Below are positions 13,001-22,800 of a DNA stretch of 64,000 nt, piece after piece; within the stretch, counting starts at the first letter, position 1, and each line of letters opens with the position of its first letter. The position numbers were made by a program, and so were the translations under genes. The notes below the pieces were generated by a model. It did not search any database. It saw nothing but the letters and a program-made list of their open reading frames with translations, and was not told where the DNA came from. The stretch is from the NCBI GenBank assembly GCA_043228905.1, contig JBHGNT010000005.1, positions 10,726,001 to 10,790,000 on the forward strand, written 5' to 3'. The stretch is from Azolla caroliniana. Its lineage: Eukaryota > Plantae > Polypodiophyta.

Positions 13001-14363
13001 GCAAGGAATTGATTATGATGAGACATTTGCACCGGTTGCAAAGATGGCAACATTGAGGACATTACTGGTTGTAGGTGCAGCTAGAAGATGGTTTCTTCAT
13101 CATATGGATGTAAAAAATGCCTTTTTACATGGTAACTTGGAAGAAGAAGTGTATATGTGTCAACCACCAGGTTTTGAAGATAGGAAGCATCCAGATTATG
13201 TATGTAAGCTGAAAAAGGTTCTCTATGGACTGAAACAGGCACCAAGAACATGGCACAGGGAACTTTCAGATTATCTGAAAAAACTTGACTTCAAAATGTC
13301 AAAGGCTGATTCATCATTGTATGTTAAAAGGAAAGATGATTGTATGGTTGTGATTCTGATTTATGTTGATGATCTCATCATTGGAGGTGATTTCATGGAT
13401 GAGATAAGTAAGCTGAAAAGAAATTTGGAAATGAAATTTCATATGAAAGATTTGGGAGATCTGAGATATTTTTTGGGTATTGAAATCATCAGATCTGAAA
13501 GTGGTATATGTGTGTTGCAAAGACAATATGCAACAACTATGTTGAAAAAGTATGGTATGCTTGGATGCAAACCTATTGGAGTACCACTAGATAAAAACAG
13601 CAAATTGAGGGCTGATTTGGGAGCCAAAATAGAAGATGTAAACATGTACAGGTCTATGGTGGGCAGCCTTATTTATTTGACCATAACAAGACCTGATTTG
13701 AGTTATGCAGTTGGATTAGTCAGCCAATTTATGCAACAGCCAACAAAGCCGCATTTGGACTGCATTAGAAGAATTCTGAGGTATGTAAAAGCTACTCAGA
13801 ACTATGGATTGTTTTACAGGGCTGATTTGGACATAAATCTGGAAGGATATACAGATGCTGATTGGGCTGGAAGCCAAACAGATAGAAGATCCACAAGTGG
13901 ATATATCTTTACATTGGGAAGTGCAGGTATTTCATGGAGTAGCAAGAAACAGGCTACTGTTGCATTGTCTAGTACTGAAGCTGAGTACAGAGGAGCTGCC
14001 ATAGCCACTTCTGAAGAGGTATGGATCAGAAGATTGCTTGCTGATTTGGGAGAGTATATAGATGGTACTGTCACAATCTGGTGTGACAACATGAGCAGCA
14101 TTCAACTTGCAAAGAACCCAGTGTTCCATGCAAGAACAAAGCACATTGAAGTGCATTATCACTTTGTTAGAGAAAAAGTGATTGAAGGAGAAGTTGATCT
14201 GGTGTATGTGAATACAAATCAGCAGGTTGCTGATATTCTCACAAAGGGATTGAGTGTGGAAAAGCATACACAGTTTCGGAACATGATGGGAGTTGTAGAC
14301 ATTGATATGATGGCTGAAAAGCATCATGAAAAAGGAGTTGTAGATAACCCCAAGAAAGGATAA
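10014..14363 (+). CDS. Copia gag-pol polyprotein (gag, CCHC, protease, integrase, RT, RNase H)
   Basis: Uninterrupted ORF with first ATG at 10014: CWYCGKPGHTQAEC, WYVDSGASNHM, DVWGP...SDGGGEY...[30 protein letters not shown]. Confidence 0.95.
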   Translation: MAAENAGQIVTEKLDKNNFLAWKFRMTNFLMGKGYWDYIEGDLEEAPEIPEENVTAAQIKAFKDWNQGARKVMHWLSLSISDSMLGHIQDVMLPKEAWDSLVKLFAVNTKARKLQLKTELNTLEKGKMSINEYALKIKSICESLASINVKIEDDDKVEICLRGLGPQYKSFKTSMLTRDSIPSFPDLVSMLVVEERNQMDDVNKGNLENEGQALYNSAGRGRGRGHGRFGSARTHNNGYQGRGQQTIRGRNNNRGRGSNQGRGKQTYVNDDGCWYCGKPGHTQAECYKKQNDEKRGKSQQNNYAQTSEDCEKDGAFVVQHEIAAVAESSQKCNEEFTWYVDSGASNHMTGHANWFERLREPEIPGYVRTGDNSTHQIEHVGDIPLWEEKGKTKYMLNVMHVPNLAKNLISVGQIVEQGMQVKFKQSGCYIEKNGKLIAKGKRQGRMFILDVDMPRQISAMFANGMSVVSDVEMWHKRIGHISMQTLKNMLRKDAVAGLPKLKNCEMGKICEACQYGKQNRLPFPHERHVSKNLLDLVRTDVWGPTKNASIGGCRFYVTFIDDCSRKTWVYFMKEKSEVFECFRKFKCMVEKQVGTRIKCLRSDGGGEYFSNEFSDFLSNQGIRRQFTCRYTPQQNGVAERKNRTLVNIARALMTEKNMPLYYWAEAVNTTNYILNRCITSGVHEATPEECFYGRKPSIEHLKVFGCLAYVHVPAEVRSKLDPKAEKCIFVGYSEEQKGYRCYNPVTKNTVTSRDVIFDELASWYSPKQNPETDEDNEIEDRDKSENVEDCHRDGSKVGQQSPTSTECSGPSKSSDGKFDSNSWSGKSGGHKKCDDKKGKQKMPEYEMLDDLSKNMEDEDSDVSLDDLLGIRGLKIPGMEKALKDANQKLRRSDREKKIVERFGYDTYMAMHYAYMSKVVLIPDPSSFDEAKTEKKWVDAMQEEIDALAENRTWDLVKLPKGKNVVGCKWVYKTKHDSSGNVSRHKARLVAKGYAQMQGIDYDETFAPVAKMATLRTLLVVGAARRWFLHHMDVKNAFLHGNLEEEVYMCQPPGFEDRKHPDYVCKLKKVLYGLKQAPRTWHRELSDYLKKLDFKMSKADSSLYVKRKDDCMVVILIYVDDLIIGGDFMDEISKLKRNLEMKFHMKDLGDLRYFLGIEIIRSESGICVLQRQYATTMLKKYGMLGCKPIGVPLDKNSKLRADLGAKIEDVNMYRSMVGSLIYLTITRPDLSYAVGLVSQFMQQPTKPHLDCIRRILRYVKATQNYGLFYRADLDINLEGYTDADWAGSQTDRRSTSGYIFTLGSAGISWSSKKQATVALSSTEAEYRGAAIATSEEVWIRRLLADLGEYIDGTVTIWCDNMSSIQLAKNPVFHARTKHIEVHYHFVREKVIEGEVDLVYVNTNQQVADILTKGLSVEKHTQFRNMMGVVDIDMMAEKHHEKGVVDNPKKG

Positions 14364-14951
14364 GTTGAGCTTGAGGGGGAGTGTTGAGAAGCAAGCTCAA
14401 CATGGTATGCGATGCTTATTGGGAAATAAGCTATAGTAGTTATTTAGCTACTTGTGAACATAAAGGAGAAACAGCTAATTAGCTACTGACAGCTAATTAG
14501 CTACTGACAGCTATTTAGCGACTGACAGCTATTTAGCTATTGACAGCTATTTAGCGACTGACAGCTAATTAGCTACTGACAGTTATTTAGCGACTGACAG
14601 CTAATTAGCTACAGGCAGCTAATTAGCTGCATACGTAAGTAACTTATTACTTAGGTAGAAAGTAAGAGAGTAAAGAAAATAAGAAGAAGGAATACAGGAA
14701 GTAGAACTCTGAGAGAGAGATAGTGAGCATAGAGAGAAAGAACTTAGAGAGTGAGCGCAAGAGAGAGAAGCAAACGAGAGCAAGTAGAGCTCTGCGCATA
14801 ATGAAATAGAAGAAGTTTTTGGCTGCTAGAGAGGTAAGTCTCCTTCCCCCTTCCCTTCTGTGTTTGAGCACTAAACGATCTAGCACACCACGATCCGTCG
14901 CGCACATAAGAAGAGCTCGAATGCCTTCTTCACGTTTTCTTAACAGTTCCG

Positions 14952-17589
14952 ATGGAATCGGTCGAGATGTACGAGATCATTGTGAAGATGGGTCTAGATG
15001 CGCTCCGCAAAGAAGAAGCAATGGTAAGTATGAAATACAAGACCGTGGAGACGAAGGTGAAACCGGCCGCGGGACCACTACCCGCCGATAGCAAACAAAA
15101 AAGGAAAGAAGTCTCGGGAGATCCGACACTTCGGAAGTCCATGGATATCGGACATGCCTTCACAGATGAGACCCGGAAGAAACTTCGAATCGGTGGAGGT
15201 GGTTTCCTTTTACAAAATGAAGAAGAACGATTCCGAGGGATGTTGGAACAACATGGGGAAGCATTTGCATTCACATCGAAGGAGATTGGGTGCGTTGATC
15301 CGAAGATAGTGGAGCCAATGGTGATCTTCACGATTGACCATGTGTCGTGGAACCTGAAGCCGGTTCCGGTGCCATGGGCGCATATTCTGAAAGTCATCGA
15401 CTTGCTCAAGGAGAAGGTGGCGATGGGGATTCTAGAGCCATCAAATGCTCCGTACTCAAATCTATGGTTTATGGTTCCGAAGAAGAATGGGTCACTCCAA
15501 TTTATTCAAGATTTGCAACTGGTGAACAAGGTCACGATCCGGAACTCCAGAGTCGATCCGATAGTGGACGAATTTGCGGAAGGGTAAGAAGTTCAAATGG
15601 AAACCGGAGCATACCAAAGCCGTGAAGAAGCTCAAGAAATCACTACGGAGGGCAAAAGCACTAAAGAAGCTGAACTATGACCGTCCGATCATAGTAACGG
15701 TTGACACAAGTTCAGCCGGAATCGAATGGGTCATCAATCAAGCCGATCCAGATAGTTTGCGATATCTGATCCGATTCGGAGTAAAGGTTCTCAACGAAAG
15801 GCAACGCGGATATGCACAAGTCAAAAGAGAATTATTGGGAGTCGTGTCGGCAATCAAATCGGATCGAGATTATTTGATCGGAGCCGAAGTAGTGATCGAA
15901 ACGGATTGTCTTCCGATACTCGGGATGATGCGGTGTTGCACGATACCGGATGTGGCTATGCTAAGATGGATTGCATATGTTAAGTCGTTTAATCCGGAGG
16001 TAAGACACATCTTCGGAAAAGACAACGCGGTAGCGGATATGCTATCGAGGGCGCGGTTCGGAGATGACATAACCGAATCCGATAATGAAGAAGTTTCCGA
16101 AGACTACTTTGCTTCGGAGCACATATGCCGGGTGAACATAATCCGAGAATTCCGGGAAGAAGAATACGAGGGAGAAAGCTTGTTGATCGGGAAAGTGCTA
16201 CAAGAAATTGAGGAATCATCGGACAATAAAGAGAAGAGAGCCGAGATCTGAAGTAAGAAACGGCAAGTCTGAAAGTTCTTCTTGAGAAATGGATTAATAT
16301 GGAGGGAGCCGAAAAGACCGGATGGCATACCACTTCGGGTAATCGGGACGAAAGAGCAACGAAACCGGATAATTTCCGAATTTCACGAATCCGATTGGGC
16401 TGGACATCGAGGAACGTGGGCAACTTTTGTGAAAATCAAACAAAAATATTGGTGGAAGAACATGTACAAAGATATAGCGGAGTTCACGAAAAGCTGCGAG
16501 AAGTGTCAAATCTACTCCGGAGTTCGACACCGAGATGAGTTACATCCGACATTCTCACCGACAATCAGCTTCAAATGGATGGTCGATATTGTAGCCATGC
16601 CAACCGGAATCAGACAAAAGAAGTACTTGGTGTTAGCTTGGGAAGATCTCACAAACCAAGTAAATGGTCGGGCGTTACGAAGGAAAACGTGTTCTGCAGT
16701 ATGCCAATTTCTTTTGGAGGACGTGTTTTGTAGGTACGAGTGCGTAGGACAAGTGATTGCGGATCGACGAGAACTCAACTCTGATAAATCTAAGGAATTC
16801 TTCACCAAACATGGAGTTCGGTTAACACTGACAACGGCATACAATCCCGAAGCCAACGGGAAGATTGAACGATGACATAGTCCGATCGTCAAAGCACTTG
16901 CGAAGGCATGCGATGGAAGGGTGAAGGATTGGCCGCAGATGCTTTCGTATGCACTATGGGCGGATCGAACGACGCATAGCTCCGTAACCGGTTACATGCC
17001 GGCAGAACTCATGACCGGACAAGCACCGGTGATGCCAACGGAAACCGCGATCGCGACATGGACAGTGCTACCGTGGAAGGAAGAGATGAGCCGGGAAGAA
17101 CTACTAGCGGTCCGGATACGACAACTAGAGGGAAGACCGGAAGACATAGCGGAAGCAATACGCCGACAACAAGAAGCGTGATTCCAGAATAAAAGCCGGT
17201 TTGACACAAAGCACCGACTACGACCGCGGAAGATTGAAGAAGGATATTGGGTGATTATCTACGACAGTAGTTTGGATCATCAACATACAACGATGCGGAA
17301 GTTCACGAAAAGGTGGTTCGGGCCATACGAGGTTCAGAAAGTTTTCGACAACGGAACTTACCGACTATGCAAGTTGGATGGAACGATGCTACGAGTGCCT
17401 ATAGCCGGGAAACGGGTGAAGATTTTCAAGAAGCGGGCTGATGAAGAACCCTATGTGATCCTAGACAAGACCGACAAGAAGGAGCAATCGGACGAAGATC
17501 GCGGTGATGCAGGAAGCGAAGAAAGTGGATTACAACTCACAGTCGACTTAAGGGGAGAATCGGAGGAAGCTTCGGATGAAGGTGAATAG
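14952..17589 (+). pseudogene. G2 pol: RT N-terminus, RT core deleted, RNase H, integrase
   Basis: WFMVPKKNGSLQFIQDL...VDEFAE joins directly to RKGKKFKW; TVDTS, GKDNAVADMLSR, HESDWAGHRG, AYNPEANGKIER, WFGPY. Confidence 0.9.
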
Positions 17590-17645
17590 CAAGCATCGGG
17601 GACTTCGGCACATACCGGAGGATGTGCAGGTTCGGAGGGGGCAAG

Positions 17646-18376
17646 TGTCGTAGTGTGAATCACACACTACGTGAAATATGTAAAATACTATATCCGATTT
17701 AAAGTACGTATAATAAATAAAATAAAATATTAAAAATATTTATTATGTGCATAAGGTAGGATTTAAACCCTATACCTCCACATAGACAAACCCCAAACTT
17801 ACCATTGTACTAACTTATCCTAAGTGTTCTAAATATAGATTTAATACATATAAGACCTTTATTTATGCCTACCTTTATTAAAAGGACAGTCATGCATTTT
17901 TTAGAATACGTGAATACTTTATTTATAAGAAAAATTTACACCAATAAAAAATGACTCGTGCACATCTAGCGAGCATGAGCACTATATTTAGGAAATAAAA
18001 GCATAGTGTAAAAAGGCAACTCATGCACATTTAGTGTGCATGAACACTTTAGAAAAATAAAGCATGAAGTTATGCTTAGCCTCTTCCATCCTTATATAAG
18101 GAGGAGAGAATGATGTATGGAGGTTGTTGCTTATTTTACAAGGGTGGATTAATATAATATAATCGTGGGATTCACGAATTTGCTAACTATTTTTCTCTCT
18201 TAATCTGAGTACTCACTAATACACTATACTCGTGGGATTCATGAGTTTTTCATATCTTTCTTTCTTACAACATATTTCATATTCTTCATTGCCTTAGAAT
18301 CTTCTTTTCTCCTATTCCAAAACCTCAGTGGTTCCCACCCGACTCACGCAACGATCCGGAGCCAAAAGGCACGACA
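17646..18376 (+). repeat. G2 3' LTR
   Basis: Direct repeat of 5842-6567. Confidence 0.92.
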
Positions 18377-19831
18377 ATCGTAATGCCGATGAGGAATCCA
18401 ACTTTCAGGCACCCATTGGAGTTGGTTCATATGGATGTTTGGGGTCCTTTACAAGTAGCAAGCATTGGAGGATCAAGGTATTTTGTAACATTCATATGAT
18501 TATTCTAGAATGGTGTGGATATACTTTGTAAAAAAGAAAAGTGACATTTTTACAAAGTTCATTGAATTCAAGCAAATGGTTGAAAATCAATGTAATAGAA
18601 AAATAAAAATGCTTCGAAGTGATGGAGGAACCGAGTATATGTCAAATGAATTTGATAAGTTCTTAATAGAAAATGGTATTAAAGGCAAGTCACACCTAGA
18701 TACACTCCTCAAATGAATGGAGTTGCAGAAAGGAAAAATAGACATATACTAGAGATAGCTAGAGCTATGCTATTTGAAGTAAATTTGTGAAAAAGGTTTT
18801 GGGTTGATGCTTGTCATTATGCAGTGACTTTGAAAAATAGAATGCCAACAGCCATAATTGGTAACAATACTCCTTATGAATTGTTTTATAATAAAAAGCC
18901 TCAAGTTGATATATTAAAAGTTTTTGGATGTATTTGCTATGTATATGTTCCTAGTCAAGTAAGGAAGAAGCTTGATGAAGAGGCTATAAAGTGTATTTTC
19001 CTAGGTATTGATGTCATAAAAAATGGATATAGATGTTTTGATATAGATGATGAGAAGTTTCACATCTCAAAGAGTGTCAAATTTGATGAAATGCAAAATA
19101 GGAAAACATTAGAATGTGATGTGCAAATGCCTTTGTCAAGTAAGCTAAGTAGTGTGGATCACGAAAATGATGTTGATACCGAGAATGAGAAAATAGATGA
19201 TTACGTTGAAGAAGCTGACATAAATTGTGGGACAACTTCATAATTAAGAAGATCTAGTAGAATAAGAAAACATGTTCAGAGGTTAATATATGATAGTTGC
19301 ATTGCACAACATTATCTGTTTATGGCAAAAGTTAATGATTTTATTGAGCCTAATTGTTTTGAAGATGCATATAAGAATAGAGAATGGAAGTGTGTTATGC
19401 AGGAAGAAATTGATGCATTATACAAGAATGATACATGGGAGCTAGTGCCTAGACCGAATGATAAAAAGGTAATTGGTTGTAAGTGGGTATATAAGTCTAA
19501 GTTCAATTCGATGGTACTTTGAATAGATGTAAAGCAAGATTAGTGGCTAAAGGTTATTCTCAAACATATGGTCTAGATTATGAGGAAACATTTTCACCAG
19601 TAGCTAAAATGGCCTCTATTAGGGTTGTTATCTCTTTAGCAGCATCTCTAAAATGGAATTTATATCAAATGGATATAAAAAATGCTTGTTTGAATGGTAT
19701 TTTGAAGGAAGAAGTGTTCATGGAACAACCACATGGTTTTAAGGATAATGTTAACCCTGATTATGTGTGCAAATTGAAGAGGGGCTTATACGGACTAAAA
19801 CAATCACCAAGAATATGGTTTGAAAGGTTAG
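18377..19831 (+). pseudogene. Copia A integrase and RT (continuation)
   Basis: [41 protein letters not shown]. Confidence 0.9.
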
Positions 19832-22800
19832 TGTTGAGAGACAAGCTCAACATCGGCCGGATCGGCTGAGCAAGCCGAGGACCGAATCGGTTGGGACCGA
19901 TCGGTTAGGCCGGACCGGTGCGTAAAATGGATGCGTAAACCGGTGCGTAGGAAGGCCGTATCGGTGCGTAAACCGAAAGGCCGTTAGAAAGATATTCATC
20001 GTAAGGAATAGTTTTGGGAGTAAGAGTCGAGGCTCATTTATGAGCAGTCAAGTATTGTCAGTACTTGTGCCAGGCCGATTGTCAGGGCTTGTATAAAAGT
20101 GCTCACAAAGCACATCCTATGTACAGATTGAGTATTATTTTTTGAATTAAGTTCTTGTGTTTACTATCTCTCTGTCTCTCTTGTGCGTACTGTGCAAACC
20201 TAAGCTTTCCATTAAACCTGCATTTTCTGTTGTTCGGTTTTTCTATATTGCTTCCGCATGCCATTCTTTTCATGGTATCAGAGCACGAGGGTTGAGAACC
20301 TCTGCAGCCGACTTTGCTTGAAGAAGAACAAGAAAACCGATGGACAAAGGAGTGGCTAGCTCGCTTCCGACGGAGAAGCTCAACAAAAACAATTACGCGT
20401 CTTGGTCTTACAAGATTCACCAGTACCTGCTTGGACACGGTTACTCGAGCTATGTCAATGGTGCAAATGACACAGCACCCAATTCGACACACAAAGACTT
20501 CCCGGCGTGAGAACAATCGGCGAGCAGAGTGTTGTACTGCTTCGTGTCTTGTGTGGGTGAACAGCTATTAAGCTACGTTCAGGATGGAAAAACGCCGAAG
20601 GGTGCGTGGGAAAATCTGAAGAAGATTTTCGCCGCGAGCACCACAGCTAGGAAGCTTCAGCTCCGACAGGAGTTGAGCAACCTATGATAATGCAATTTTT
20701 TGGTGGCTGACTATACCTCCAAGATCAAGGACATATGTGACTCCTTAGCTTCCATCGATGTGAACATCGAGGAAAGCGAGATGGTCCAGGTCTGTCTCGA
20801 GGGTTTGACGTCAAAGTTCGGTGCGTTCCGAACTGTTGTGTGTACCCGGGAGAATACGTCGTCCTTTTTCGACTTACAGTCGATGCTCCTAGTAGAGGAG
20901 AACCATGCGGGTGCGTCAACGAGCACGCATACCGATAGCAAGATGTTGTACACGGAGAGAGATAGGCCCCGTGGTCGTGGCGGACGAGGCGAGTCGGTAT
21001 GCAATGGAGGCGGCCGACGAGATCAAGGAAGAAGGCACCGAAGTGATGCCGACAGCAATTCCGGACCCTCCGGAAACACGGGGAGTCCATGCGATGAGAA
21101 CCGGCAAGGGAAATCCGCTGCGGAATGTTGGTACTATGGCAAGAAAGGCCACAGGGAGAGCGAGTGCTGGAAAAAGCGCGCCAAGTCGGAGAGGACCGAA
21201 CATACCGACAAAGGAAACCGGCAGCAATCGCACTACGCTGAAGGATCCAGAAAAGGGTTAGTCTTCGTGACGAGACACGAAGCCAACTCAATGAAGAAGA
21301 TCACCCCGAAGTCGGAGGTGTGGTACGTCGACTCTGGCGCGTCAAACCACATGACGTGCCACGAGGAGTGGTTCTCATACCTTGAGAAACCAACGCAACC
21401 AGGAGTAGTCGCAACCGGAGACGACACTCCACATCCGATCGCGAATGTCGGTGAAGTTACCTTGAGACATGTCGGGCAGAAAGGGAAACTTATGAACATC
21501 TTACACGTCCCGACCATCATGAAGAATCTGGTGTCGGTCGAGCAGATCGTCGACCAGGGGATGCAGGTTCAGTTTACATACCTCGGGTGCTTCATTGAGG
21601 AAGAAGGCCGTATTATTGTGCAAGGGTGCAGTGATGGGAGGATGTTCATCCTCGACTCTACTGATGGTGGCACCACAATGTTCGCGAAGGGTCAAAAAGT
21701 CGAGTCGGACAACAACTTATGGCACAAGCGGATAGGCCACGTCAACTACCAACGGCTTCAAGACCTGCAATCGAAACAAGTGGTGTTCGGATTGGCCAAA
21801 TTTAGTGGCCGGAAGGCACAAATTTGTGATGCTTGCCAGCTTGGGAAGCAACACCGACTTCCCTTCCCCAACGAGCATAACCGGAGCCGGAACAAGCTCG
21901 ACGTGATACACTCCGATGTGTGGGGGCCGGCACAAAACGTTAGTCTTGGCGGGAGCCGATATTTCGTCTCCTTCATCGACGACTACACGCAGCACACATG
22001 GATCTACCTCATCGAGAGGAAGAGCGAAGTCTTCGACTGTTTCCAGGACCTCAAAGGGTTCGTGGAAACGGAAACAGGAAGACAGATCAAATGCATGCGG
22101 TCGGATGGCTGAAAAGAATACTTTTCTGATCAATTCAACGGTTATCTACAACAAATGGGAATTCGGCGCGAATTCAGTTGCAGATACACGCCGGAGCAAA
22201 ACGGCATGGCCGAGAGGAAAAATCAGTCAGTTGTGGAAGCGGCACGGGCAATGCTGGAAGAGAAGAGCTTGCCCAAGTTCTATTGGGCCGAGACGGTAAG
22301 GACCGCGGTATACATCCAGAATTGGATCGGAGATAAAGTGTCGGCTCACGAGCTATATTTCGGAACCAAGCCGAACTTACGACACTTATGAGTTTTCGGT
22401 AGCATTGCGTATGTGCATGTGCCGAAGGAGAAAAGGAGGAAGTTGGACACGAAAGCCGAGAAGTGTAACTTGGTCGGCTATTTGGACGAGTAAAAGGGTT
22501 ATAAGTGCTATAACCCGCGTACCAGACAAGCATGCGTGAGCCACGACGTTGTGTTTGATGAGTCCGCGTCCTGGTACTTGCCCCAGACTCCGGACCTCAC
22601 CTCCAATCCGGGTTCTGACAATGAGGTCAGCGAGACTGAGATGCCTCCGGATGAGCCTGAAATCGGAACCCGTGAAGAGAGTTCGATTTCATTTAGGTTA
22701 AGTGGACCGAATGGACGACTGAGTCGTTTCGACCATTCCGACGAAAATCTGGCGAGTAGTGGAGACTCAGCCGTACATTCCCCGCGCAGGAAGCCGAGGA

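Larger units (their letters stand above)
9329..14945 (+). mobile_element. Full-length Ty1/copia element B with intact ORF (Bryco-like by inference)
   Basis: LTRs 9329-9874 and 14382-14945, TSD GTTCC, PBS TGGTATCAGAGC 9875-9886, PPT GAGGGGGAG. Confidence 0.95.
5842..18376 (+). mobile_element. Ty3/gypsy element G2 (tRNA-Trp primed, Phygy-like), RT core deleted
   Basis: LTRs 5842-6567 and 17646-18376 (TGTC...CACGACA), PBS 6572-6589, PPT GGAGGGGGCAAG before 17646, gag-pro then RT(N-term)-RH-INT. Confidence 0.92.
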
